From: Candidatus Pacearchaeota archaeon
GTDB lineage: Archaea > Nanobdellota > Nanobdellia > Pacearchaeales > GW2011-AR1
Length of the DNA: 64,000 nt
Direction of reading: 5' to 3'
Assembly: GCA_041659945.1 (NCBI GenBank)
Contig: JBAZXH010000001.1
Span: 425,292-489,291 of the forward strand
Of this stretch, positions 44,698 to 53,759 are shown piece by piece. Below the pieces are notes generated by a model. It ran no database searches, had not been told where the DNA came from, and saw only the letters and a list, made by a program, of their open reading frames with translations. The translations under genes were made by a program, and so were the position numbers. Position 1 is the first letter of the stretch. Every line of letters begins with the position of its first letter.

Positions 44698-45555
44698 TTA
44701 CTCAAATCTTGGGTTTGATTTTCTTTCTAACAAAGGATAGAAAATCATATTTAAAAGAATTCCTGTGAAAATTATATCTGAGAAAAATAGGTTTCCATTT
44801 GTGAAGAACAATATTAGGTTTATACTAACAAAAGAGGTTAAAGTTATTGATACTTGATGAAGAATGTAACCATTTCTATAAAAAATAATTATTAAAGCAA
44901 ATAATATAACTGGGAATATTAATAATGTGCTTTTCGATATGAACAATAAAGTAATAATAGAAAGTATAAATAAAGACAAGATAATTATTACACTTTTATT
45001 TATTCCAAGATTTACTACTATTGTCTTCTTACTTGATTCTTTATTATGTTTATAGTCTCTTATATCTCCAATAATTGATCTTGCACTAGACAAAAGAAAT
45101 ATAGTTAAGATAATTAATATTTGTGTTAGGTTTATTGAATGGCTATAAAACATTAAAGCATATAAATAATATTGAGATTGAATTAAACCTCTTATTACAA
45201 AGCTACAGTTTCCAAATAGCTGATTTTTGTTTTTTTGTAAATATAGTAATATAAAAAATGTGGATGTTAATGAAAATATTGCTGTATAATAATTAAAGTA
45301 TAATCCAATTATTAATGGAATTAAAAGAAAAATGATTGTGAAGACAAGTTTGGGCTTTGCTCTATACTCATAACTATGCTTTAGCTCTAATATTAGATTA
45401 AAAAATATCCATAATGAAACTAGGCATATGGCAAGGATTATGTCTTTTGTAGAAAATTCTAGGGATTTTTCAATAGAACTTTTGGCAATTAAACCAATTA
45501 AGATTAAGTCTATCCACGAGTATAATCGAAGATTAAAGATGTTTGATTTTGTCAT
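44698..45555 (-). CDS. Divergent UbiA-family prenyltransferase
   Basis: N-terminal LRxxSW, multiple TM helices, second Asp-rich motif GDIRDYKHN...KKTI; first motif degenerate. Confidence 0.7.
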   Translation of the reverse strand: MTKSNIFNLRLYSWIDLILIGLIAKSSIEKSLEFSTKDIILAICLVSLWIFFNLILELKHSYEYRAKPKLVFTIIFLLIPLIIGLYFNYYTAIFSLTSTFFILLYLQKNKNQLFGNCSFVIRGLIQSQYYLYALMFYSHSINLTQILIILTIFLLSSARSIIGDIRDYKHNKESSKKTIVVNLGINKSVIIILSLFILSIITLLFISKSTLLIFPVILFALIIIFYRNGYILHQVSITLTSFVSINLILFFTNGNLFFSDIIFTGILLNMIFYPLLERKSNPRFE

Positions 45556-45863
45556 TTTTTATTTTTTCTTATTTCAATTGCATGACTTTCATAACACTTT
45601 GCGAGTGATTCAAGTTGTTCTTCCATTTCTGAATGCGCTTCAGGGAATGGTGGATTTGGGCATGCAACTGATATTATTTGTTTCATGTTATCTCTTATTA
45701 ATTTTGCTGCTTCCTCATAACACTCTGCTGCCCTGAACATATCTGTTCTTGATTCTTGTCTAGCTCCATATTCATCTAATCTAATTATTTCTGACATTTG
45801 AGCTAATGACAGATAAACCATTGCAGCTATTCCACTATGCCTTCTTTCAAAACTTGTTCTCAT
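45552..45863 (-). CDS. Hypothetical helical protein
   Basis: Overlaps or abuts both neighbours, suggesting an operon. Confidence 0.55.
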   Translation of the reverse strand: MRTSFERRHSGIAAMVYLSLAQMSEIIRLDEYGARQESRTDMFRAAECYEEAAKLIRDNMKQIISVACPNPPFPEAHSEMEEQLESLAKCYESHAIEIRKNKK

Positions 45864-45864
45864 T

Positions 45865-46350
45865 TTAGTAACCTCCTGTAAAATTTAGATTAAATATTTT
45901 TATTAGAACTTTTTTTAGATCTTTTATTTCATTTATATAAATTATTTCTTTATCTTTTAATATGGGGTCTTCTGTTAGTTTTTTCCAAGTTTTTGAATCA
46001 TTTGTGATTGCATAATCAATTGCTCCTTTTAACATCCAGTCCCTTAACCATTCTGTTTCATTTTCTACAAATATTACTATTAGTTTGTTTGTATTTGAAA
46101 ACCAACCAATTTCCCAAGCACAGTCTCTTCCATATGGTGGAAGCAATAGACAAATGTCTGCCTCTTTCATTGCTTTCATATCCATTTCTCTGACTTCTTT
46201 TGGTAGTTTTTCATGGTCTAAATTCCAAGGGTTATGTTTTTGAGGCATAAAAACACTTATTGGATAGTTCAAGCTATTACAGACTCTTTCATTCCATTCA
46301 TGAGCTTCTTTTGCTATTCTTGCACTAAGGTATACTTTTATTTTTTCCAT
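45865..46350 (-). CDS. Nucleoside 2-deoxyribosyltransferase / nucleotide N-hydrolase family protein
   Basis: KVYLS, VFMPQ, DMKAMKEAD, GRDCAWEIGW (catalytic Glu). Confidence 0.8.
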   Translation of the reverse strand: MEKIKVYLSARIAKEAHEWNERVCNSLNYPISVFMPQKHNPWNLDHEKLPKEVREMDMKAMKEADICLLLPPYGRDCAWEIGWFSNTNKLIVIFVENETEWLRDWMLKGAIDYAITNDSKTWKKLTEDPILKDKEIIYINEIKDLKKVLIKIFNLNFTGGY

Positions 46351-46470
46351 TTTCTTTTTATGTTGTTACCTCTTAGTAGTTATGTATTATTGTATATATA
46401 TTAATATTATTCTATACTTTTTGCTAAAAAGGGAAAATCTTATAAACTATTTTGTATAAATATTAATAAT

Positions 46471-47442
46471 ATGGTCAAAACTGAACAGATAGATAATTTA
46501 GACAAGAGGATACTTTATGAACTTGATTTGAATTCAAGGGCAAGTGCAAGCCAAATTGCGAGGAAACTTAGAGTTTCAAAAGAAACAGTTAATTTTAGGA
46601 TACAGAGACTGTTAAAAAGAGGTTATATAAGTAATTTTTATACTATTTTTAATACATCTAAGCTAGGAAGTTTTTATTATAAGGTATTTGTTAAGTTTGG
46701 TAAAATAACTCCTAGAATAGAATCAGAAATTATTAGTTTTATAAGAAACCAAAATAATTGTGCTTATTTGTGCAGTTGTGAAGGACCATATGACATTATA
46801 TTTTTGATTATGGTTGAGAATAACGATCAATTTCATAATTTTTTAATAAAATTTAAAGAAAAATTTGGAGATTATGTTTTTGATAAAAATTTTCATATAG
46901 TTATAAATACCCATAAACTAAACCAGAAATTTCTTTATTTGGGTCAATCAAGGAAACATTCTTTTTATCAGGGAGATATTAAAAAAGAAGATTATGATAA
47001 AATTGATTTGAGAATTATGAAAATTATTTCAAATAATGCTAGAATTAGTTTAGTAGAGATTGGTGAAAAATTAAATTTGGACCCAAAAGTTGTAAAATAT
47101 AGAATTAAAAATCTTGAAAAAAAGGGAATTATTATAGCTTATACAACAGCTTTAAACTTTGACAAACTCGGTTTTGAGTTTTTTCAAATAAATTTTGTTT
47201 TGAAGGATGTTAAACTAATACCACAAATAATTAACTTTTTTGATAATACTAATAAATGTCTTTTTGCTCTTGAACTGCTTGGAAAATATGATCTTACTAT
47301 AGAGCTTCATGTTGAAAATGACAAGGTTTTGAGAGACATAATGGATAAATTTAAATTAGAATTTCAAGAAAAATTTATTGACTATGATCTTTTTAATATT
47401 TATAAGGAATACTTAATGACTTGGTCTGCTTTTGAAGAATAA
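46471..47442 (+). CDS. Tandem (double) Lrp/AsnC-family regulator
   Basis: Two HTH units (LDKRILYELDLNSRAS..IA and IDLRIMKIISNNARIS..IG), each followed by a RAM-like domain ending G.YD. Confidence 0.9.
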   Translation: MVKTEQIDNLDKRILYELDLNSRASASQIARKLRVSKETVNFRIQRLLKRGYISNFYTIFNTSKLGSFYYKVFVKFGKITPRIESEIISFIRNQNNCAYLCSCEGPYDIIFLIMVENNDQFHNFLIKFKEKFGDYVFDKNFHIVINTHKLNQKFLYLGQSRKHSFYQGDIKKEDYDKIDLRIMKIISNNARISLVEIGEKLNLDPKVVKYRIKNLEKKGIIIAYTTALNFDKLGFEFFQINFVLKDVKLIPQIINFFDNTNKCLFALELLGKYDLTIELHVENDKVLRDIMDKFKLEFQEKFIDYDLFNIYKEYLMTWSAFEE

Positions 47443-47444
47443 TT

Positions 47445-48824
47445 TTACTTTAGCATTTTTATCAGCTCTTCTTTGGCGATTGCATAGTCTGCTCTTTTGT
47501 TACTTAATTTCATAATTTCTCCTAGCAAGAAGTTAAGCGCTTCACTTTTTCCGGCCTTGAAATCTTGAACTACTTTTGGATTTAATTTGATTACTCTTTC
47601 GCAGAAAGATTTTATCTCTTCTTTGTTTGTGATTCTAGTTGAAGATTCAAGTTCACTTTTTGGAGAAAATGAATTTGGGATAAATTTGTTCAGGATTTGT
47701 TTTGCTTTTAGTTCTGTTATTTTTTTATCTTTGACATATTGTAAAAGCTCTATAAAATGTTCGGGTTTTATGTTAATCTCTGGATTATCAAGAGTTGTTT
47801 TGTTGTAGTTTAAAATTCTCAGCAATTCTATGGTTATCCATGAAAGTGCAAAATCTGGAGTTATTTTTTCTGTGACTTTTTCAAAAAATTCAACAAGTTC
47901 TATATTATTTGTGAGAACCTTAGCATTTTCCTGATCAATCTTGTATTTTTTAATCATTTTTTCTAGTTTTTCCTGTGGAGATTCTGGAAGTGAACTTTTT
48001 ATTTGGTTTACAAGTTTTTCACTTATCTTCATTGCAGGCAAATCTGGATCAGAAATAAATCTATAGTCTGCAGCACCCTCTTTTTCACGCATTGATTCTG
48101 TTTTTCCTGTTTCACTGTTCCATCTTCGTGTTTCTTTTGTTTTAGGTTTTTCTTTTTCATGCCTTTTAAATTCATATTCTATTGCTCTTACAATTTCGGT
48201 TATTGAGTGAACATTTTTAATTTCTGTTCTTTCGGAAATTCCGTGAATATTCACATTAACATCTGCTTTGATCCCTGATTCTCTATTAATTGCCTTAATA
48301 TACGATAGGGTGAGAATTAGTTGTTTTAGCCAGTTTGCAACCTCTTCGCTTGATGTAAAATCGGGTTCTGTAACAATTTCAATTAAAGGAGCACCGCTTC
48401 TATTGTAATCTATGCAACCTGTTTCTGGATCCCAGGCTGCTGGGTCTTCTTCCAGATGAAGTTCTCTTATTCTTATTCCTAGAAATTTTCCATTTTCACC
48501 AACAGGAACTGCATATGTGCCTGAAAGAGTGTTTTGATAGCCCTTTGGTAAATCTGGCCAGTTGTAGTGTTTTCTTTGCCAGATCATTTTTTTGTTTGCT
48601 TCTATTGTGTTAACTTTTGTGTTTAACATTAGTGCAATCTGAAGAGCTTTTTTTATTGCTTCTTTGTTTGGAGGCATAGGTTTGCATCCGGGTTGAGCGG
48701 TACAAATTGGACAAATATTAGAATTTGGGTTTTTATCTTTACTATTTAGGTCTAGTTTACACTTGCAAAATAGCTTTTCATTTGTTGATAAGTATCCGTG
48801 TATTTCCAAACCAATCATTCTCAT
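47445..48824 (-). CDS. gatB: Glu/Asp-tRNA amidotransferase subunit B
   Basis: IGLEIH...KLFC, CPIC..PG, PDLPKGYQ, HLEED, DYNRSG.PLIEIVTEPD, MREKE...DYRF. Confidence 0.92.
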   Translation of the reverse strand: MRMIGLEIHGYLSTNEKLFCKCKLDLNSKDKNPNSNICPICTAQPGCKPMPPNKEAIKKALQIALMLNTKVNTIEANKKMIWQRKHYNWPDLPKGYQNTLSGTYAVPVGENGKFLGIRIRELHLEEDPAAWDPETGCIDYNRSGAPLIEIVTEPDFTSSEEVANWLKQLILTLSYIKAINRESGIKADVNVNIHGISERTEIKNVHSITEIVRAIEYEFKRHEKEKPKTKETRRWNSETGKTESMREKEGAADYRFISDPDLPAMKISEKLVNQIKSSLPESPQEKLEKMIKKYKIDQENAKVLTNNIELVEFFEKVTEKITPDFALSWITIELLRILNYNKTTLDNPEINIKPEHFIELLQYVKDKKITELKAKQILNKFIPNSFSPKSELESSTRITNKEEIKSFCERVIKLNPKVVQDFKAGKSEALNFLLGEIMKLSNKRADYAIAKEELIKMLK

Positions 48825-48847
48825 GCTATTAGGAGACTAGGAGTATT

Positions 48848-48876
48848 TTTAATGTTTTTGCTTCAAAAACATTAAA
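48848..48876. promoter_or_regulatory. Perfect 13-bp inverted repeat over the gatB TATA region
   Basis: TTTAATGTTTTTG-CTT-CAAAAACATTAAA, about 25 nt upstream of the gatB ATG. Confidence 0.5.
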
Positions 48877-48892
48877 GGTTGACAGATGATTA

Positions 48893-49030
48893 TTGAAAAT
48901 ACATAAACAATTGTTCACTCCGTTCACTTTACTTCAAGAGGTTATATTTAAGCCTATAGCTTAAGAATTAATTGAATAGCTTTAAACTTTGAATTTTGCG
49001 AAGGCAACAATTCTTATGGTATAATTTCAA
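48893..49030 (+). repeat. Dispersed structured intergenic repeat, copy 4
   Basis: TTGAAAATACATAAACAATTGTTCACTCCGTTCACTTTACTTCAA...TTGAATTTTGCGAAGGCAACAATTCTTATGGTATAATTTCAA. Confidence 0.88.
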
Positions 49031-49082
49031 ATACAGATTTATCTTTGGAATAGTTTTTATATTGTAAATTCTTGTGTTATTT

Positions 49083-49562
49083 ATGGAAAATTTAGTTTTA
49101 GTTAAAGGGAGTAGTATTAATGAAGCTAGAAAGGAAATTGAAAAAAACGCTAAAAGCGGTAAAAAGATAGTATTAGCTGCTGGAGATGATGAGGTTAATA
49201 GAAAGATGCTTGAAAGTGCAAAAGTTGATTATATTTTGGGTTTGGAAAATGGAATTAGGAAAGATAAGCTAAAGCAAAGGGATTCAGGTTTTAATCAGGT
49301 GCTTGCTAAAATTGCTCATGAAAATAATGTTGCTCTGGGAATTGATTTTAGTGAAATCTCCAAATTAAAGGATAAAGAGTTTAGCATGTATGCTGGAAGG
49401 TTAATGCAGAATATCAAACTTTGTAATAAATATAAAGTTAAAATGGTTTTGTTTAATTATTCTGGGAAAAACAGGCATGATTTAATGGCATTTCTTTTGA
49501 GTTTGGGGATGTCAACTATAATGGCAAAATATGCTGTTGAGAATAGAGTTGGTTTGGGTTAA
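49083..49562 (+). CDS. rnp3: RNase P protein subunit Rpp30 (shortened)
   Basis: NRKMLE..KVD, DSGFNQVLAKIA.ENNVALGIDF, QNIKLC.KY. Confidence 0.78.
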   Translation: MENLVLVKGSSINEARKEIEKNAKSGKKIVLAAGDDEVNRKMLESAKVDYILGLENGIRKDKLKQRDSGFNQVLAKIAHENNVALGIDFSEISKLKDKEFSMYAGRLMQNIKLCNKYKVKMVLFNYSGKNRHDLMAFLLSLGMSTIMAKYAVENRVGLG

Positions 49563-49565
49563 TAA

Positions 49566-50576
49566 TTAGAAAAAATCGTTCAATCCTTTTTGTTTGTTGG
49601 TTTCTTTAGCTTCTCTTAGTTTCTTTAGTTGGTTTTCTATTCGTTCATCTGAGAATTCGTGTTCACTTAAGATTTCTCTTATTTTTTTCTCATTTAGACT
49701 TGGGAATTTGATATTTAGATCTTTTTTTACGTCTGGTTTTTTGAATAATTCAAATATTTTTTGCCAGTCAAAATCTATTTCTGGATATTGATCAAAGATG
49801 GTTATTGGCTGTTTGAATTTTTGTACAATTTGAAGAGCTTTTTTTTGACCTATTCCTGGAATACCTTTTGGATTGTAATCTGTACCAACTAGAATTCCAA
49901 GACAGATTAGCTGATCGTGATTTATTTGAAGAGTGTTAAGAACTTTTTCCAGCTCAATTATTTCTGGAAAAACATCAACAACACCTGAAACGGTTTTTCT
50001 TTTTTTTGCTAGAGTTAAATTTTGGATTAGTCTTGGAGCACCAAATAAAAGGCAGTCATAATCCTGGGAAGCAACTCCGAAAGAAGCGTGTTTTGCGATT
50101 TGAGATGCCTGAGCTTCACCTTCACCAGGGGCTTCGATAACTGCAATGCCCATTGCTTCTAGAAGTTCTTTACTTTCTGCTATTATTTCTTTTGTTATTT
50201 TTGTTGTTTGTTGACTATACTTCTTCATGGCCCCGTAGTCTTCGTATTCTTTTGCCTCTTCATACTTTGCTTTTGCATTTTCTTTGGTTTCTATTCTTTT
50301 TTCACGAGTTTGAAACTTTAATTCTGGAGGTTTACCATCAAAAACATAGATTAGTTTTATGCCCTCAGTTAGAAGGTTAGCGTTTCTGTTAAATAGCCCT
50401 GAAAGGTGACTTGTAATCCGGCCTTTAGAATCTTGTAGGGGAGTTCCATCATACTGTCTTATGGAAGATAAAAATTGATAAATTGCATTAAATGCATCTA
50501 CAGCAATTACTTTTCCCTTTAGTTCTTCAAAAGTTATTTGCTTTCTTGGAACAATGTCGCGTATGTTTAATCCCAT
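49566..50576 (-). CDS. fen: Flap endonuclease 1
   Basis: AVDAFN.IYQFL, YVFDG.PP, APGEGEAQA, SQDYD.LLFG, GTDYNP.G..GIG; PIP box QKGLNDFF. Confidence 0.97.
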   Translation of the reverse strand: MGLNIRDIVPRKQITFEELKGKVIAVDAFNAIYQFLSSIRQYDGTPLQDSKGRITSHLSGLFNRNANLLTEGIKLIYVFDGKPPELKFQTREKRIETKENAKAKYEEAKEYEDYGAMKKYSQQTTKITKEIIAESKELLEAMGIAVIEAPGEGEAQASQIAKHASFGVASQDYDCLLFGAPRLIQNLTLAKKRKTVSGVVDVFPEIIELEKVLNTLQINHDQLICLGILVGTDYNPKGIPGIGQKKALQIVQKFKQPITIFDQYPEIDFDWQKIFELFKKPDVKKDLNIKFPSLNEKKIREILSEHEFSDERIENQLKKLREAKETNKQKGLNDFF

Positions 50577-50620
50577 TAAAAAATGAGTAATTTAATATAT
50601 AAATAGTTAGCGATAAACGT

Positions 50621-51082
50621 TTATCTTCTTCTTGGGTTTCCGATATCTGCCCAAACATCAGTGGGCCCATCATCAACTAATGCTGCAAGGGTTGATCTTT
50701 CAGTTTCTACAGGTTGGAGAGGGATTTCAACATTTGTATCAACTGTTGGTCTTTCAATCATTACTTTGCCAACACCATATAATGCTTGATCTGCAGGGAC
50801 TACTCCAAGTTGATCGCAGGCAGTTGCATATCTTTTTGCATCTCCTCTTGTTTGAGCCGTTTCCATTTGAACATATAGAATAATTTGTCGACCACTATAA
50901 TACATATCTGGAAGTTCTGTATCTACAATTCCTAATTCATCACATGCTCTTGCGTAGGCTACATCATCATTCCTTTGTACTGCTAAAATTTTGGCGCTTT
51001 CTAAACTTTCCTTTAAAACTCTAGCTTTTCTTAGTACTTCTTCAGGTGTTTCTTTTCTAGGATCATCGTCTCTTTGCATCAT
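50621..51082 (-). CDS. Hypothetical protein with an internal duplicated helical motif
   Basis: DDVAYARACDELGIV..LY..G and GDAKRYATACDQLGVV..LY..G. Confidence 0.65.
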   Translation of the reverse strand: MMQRDDDPRKETPEEVLRKARVLKESLESAKILAVQRNDDVAYARACDELGIVDTELPDMYYSGRQIILYVQMETAQTRGDAKRYATACDQLGVVPADQALYGVGKVMIERPTVDTNVEIPLQPVETERSTLAALVDDGPTDVWADIGNPRRR

Positions 51083-51210
51083 GATTTTAAGGGGTGTTTG
51101 GACTTTTTAAACTTTTCTGTTTGTAACTACTACATAGTCACTAATTGTACCCCTCACAAGTCTCAACAAACATTGGGAACTTTTTAATATTGAGGATTTA
51201 TTGTATATTC

Positions 51211-53700
51211 ATGGAATTTGAGTTTATCCCAATAGATTATGATTATTTTGAGGTGAACGATCGAACTTTTGTGAGAATTATTGGTAGAAATAGTGTTGGT
51301 AAGAGGGTTTGTTTGATTGATGATTGTGATGTTTATTTTTGGGCTATATTAAAAGAGAGTGTTGGTGAAAAGAAAATAAAGTCGGTTATGGAGAAAATTG
51401 ATGCTATTAAGATTAGGGAAAATAGTAAAACAATAAAAGTTTTGAAAACTCAACTTCATGATAAGAAATTTCTTGGAAAAGATGTAAAAGCTATTAAGAT
51501 CTTTATTGAAAATTGTAAATATGATGGTAAACTTGCTGAAAAAATTAATTTTTCGGAGATTGAATCTATAAAAGAACATGATCTAGCCTACGTAACCCGT
51601 TACATTCTGGAAAAGAAAGTTGCTCCATTAAGTTGGTATAGAGTGGGTGGAAGTGTTTTGGAAAACTCATCTGAGTTTGGAGGAATTGATTCTGCCTTTG
51701 AGGATGTTGATTTATTTGTAAGAGTTGAGAAAATAGAAAAAAGCAACAAAGAAAATGCTAATTTTATGCCCAAGATTGTTGCATTTGATATAGAAACTGA
51801 TGAATTTGATGTGGGTAAGGGAAAAATATTAATGATTTCTCTTGTTAGTGATGGATTTAGAAAAGTTTTAACATGGAAGAAAATAAATGAGAAGGTAGAG
51901 AATGTTGAATATTTTAAGGATGAAGCAGATATGCTTGAGGCATTTGTTAAATATTTTAAAAAGCTTCAACCAGATATTTTAACGGGCTATTTTTCTGATG
52001 GATTTGATTTGCCATATTTAAAAGCTCGAGCTGAAGTTAATAAGGTGAAGTTATCTTTAGGTTTGGATGAGAGTGTTCCCCGTTTTTCAGGAGGAATGTC
52101 TCCTCGTGGAAGGATAAATGGGGTTGTTCATGTAGATTTGTTTAAATTTATTGATGTGGCCTATTCGCAGTATTTACAATCAGAAACTTTGGGGTTAAGT
52201 GATGTTGCAAATGAATTAGTTGGAGAGGGCAAAAAAGATTATGAATTTAAGCATGATTCTAAAATGAGTTCTAATGACTGGAAGAAGTTTTTTGAGTATA
52301 ATTTACAAGATTCTTTGTTAACTTACAAGTTGTTTATGAAAGCTTGGCCAGATATGATGGAGTTTTCTAGAGTTATGCAAGAACCTCTTTTTAGTGTTTC
52401 TAGGGATGGTATGTCTTCCAATGTTGAAAACTATATTATTCATAATCTATTTAGATATGATGAGATTATTGAATCAAAACCAGGGCATCATGAAATTTCT
52501 AAAAGAAGAGAAAGAGAAAGATATGAAGGAGCTTTTGTTTTACAACCTACACCAAAACTTTATGAAAATATAGTTATGTTTGATTTTACAAGTTACTGGC
52601 CAAGTATTATTTCTACATTTAATCTTTCACGCTCAACTTTTTTGGGTGATAAAAAACCTAAAAATTTAAAGGAAAAAGATTTTCTGGAAGTTGATATAAG
52701 TGAGAAGAACAAAAGTAAGTTTTATTTTTCTAAAGCTAAGGGATTTTTTCCTTTGATGCTGGAAGAGATAATTAAAAAAAGAAAAGAGTATAAAGAAGAA
52801 TATAAGAAAAATTCAACACCAATATTAAAAGCTAGGAGTAATGCATTTAAGTTGCTGGCTAATGCTTCCTACGGATATCAGGGTTTTTTTGGAGCTAGAT
52901 ATTATTGTCCACAGGCTTCTGCAGCTACAACTGCAATTTCAAGAGATTTTATTAAGGAGGTTATTTCAAAATCTGAAAAAGCAGGGTTTAAGGCTATTTA
53001 TTCTGATACTGATTCCATTGCACTTGAAATGAAAACAAAAAGTAAAAATCAAGCTTTAGATTTTTTAAAGAAAATTAATTCTGAATTACCTGGGATTATG
53101 GAATTGGAGTTGGAAGACTTTTATAAAAGAGGGATATGGGTTACAACGCGAAAGGGTGAATTTGGTGCTAAGAAAAAATATGCTCTGATTAATGAAAATG
53201 GAAAGATGAAGATCAGAGGATTTGAAACTGTTAGAAGAGATTGGTGTACATTGGCTAGGGAATTGCAAAATCAGGTTTTATTTAGAATTTTAAAAGAGGG
53301 AGATGAAAAATCTGCACTGGATTATGCAAAACAAGTAATTAAGAAGTTAGAGTCTAGAGATGTTGAAAAAGATAAATTAGTTATTCGAGCTCAGTTGAAG
53401 AAACCTCTTTCAGAGTATGTTGCTAATACCCCACATGTTACAATTGCTAGAAAAATGGTCAAGGCTGGAATGCCAGTTGATCAAGGAATGTTAATTTCTT
53501 ATTTTATTGCTGAAAGTAAAGATAAAAAAGCTTTGACAAGAGATCGGGCATTTTTGCCAGATGAAGATAAACTATATGATATTAAGTATTATCTCGAAAA
53601 GCAAATACTCCCAGCAGTTGAAAATATCTTTATGGTTTTTGGTATAGACAGTGAAGATCTAGTTAGAGAAAAGAAACAAAAGACTTTGGGAGATTTTTGA
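51211..53700 (+). CDS. polB: Family B DNA polymerase
   Basis: Exo motifs FDIET, FDLPYL, YNLQD; polymerase motifs FDFTSYWPS, KLLANASYGY, YSDTDS; PIP box QKTLGDF; start moved to ATG 51211. Confidence 0.96.
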   Translation: MEFEFIPIDYDYFEVNDRTFVRIIGRNSVGKRVCLIDDCDVYFWAILKESVGEKKIKSVMEKIDAIKIRENSKTIKVLKTQLHDKKFLGKDVKAIKIFIENCKYDGKLAEKINFSEIESIKEHDLAYVTRYILEKKVAPLSWYRVGGSVLENSSEFGGIDSAFEDVDLFVRVEKIEKSNKENANFMPKIVAFDIETDEFDVGKGKILMISLVSDGFRKVLTWKKINEKVENVEYFKDEADMLEAFVKYFKKLQPDILTGYFSDGFDLPYLKARAEVNKVKLSLGLDESVPRFSGGMSPRGRINGVVHVDLFKFIDVAYSQYLQSETLGLSDVANELVGEGKKDYEFKHDSKMSSNDWKKFFEYNLQDSLLTYKLFMKAWPDMMEFSRVMQEPLFSVSRDGMSSNVENYIIHNLFRYDEIIESKPGHHEISKRRERERYEGAFVLQPTPKLYENIVMFDFTSYWPSIISTFNLSRSTFLGDKKPKNLKEKDFLEVDISEKNKSKFYFSKAKGFFPLMLEEIIKKRKEYKEEYKKNSTPILKARSNAFKLLANASYGYQGFFGARYYCPQASAATTAISRDFIKEVISKSEKAGFKAIYSDTDSIALEMKTKSKNQALDFLKKINSELPGIMELELEDFYKRGIWVTTRKGEFGAKKKYALINENGKMKIRGFETVRRDWCTLARELQNQVLFRILKEGDEKSALDYAKQVIKKLESRDVEKDKLVIRAQLKKPLSEYVANTPHVTIARKMVKAGMPVDQGMLISYFIAESKDKKALTRDRAFLPDEDKLYDIKYYLEKQILPAVENIFMVFGIDSEDLVREKKQKTLGDF

Positions 53701-53759
53701 GATTATATTTCAGTGAATAAATATTTATAAATAAGTGTTTTATAGCAAATTTGATTAAA

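Noticed and set aside
32669..49030. The ~140-bp repeats as a CRISPR array or canonical integron attC sites
   Set aside because: Copies are 7-14 kb apart between housekeeping genes rather than tandem. No cas or intI gene is present and no RYYYAAC/GTTRRRY ends were recognised.
51211..53700. Intein in, or inactivation of, PolB
   Set aside because: Length is normal, all exonuclease and polymerase motifs are contiguous and intact, and no intein splice motifs were seen.
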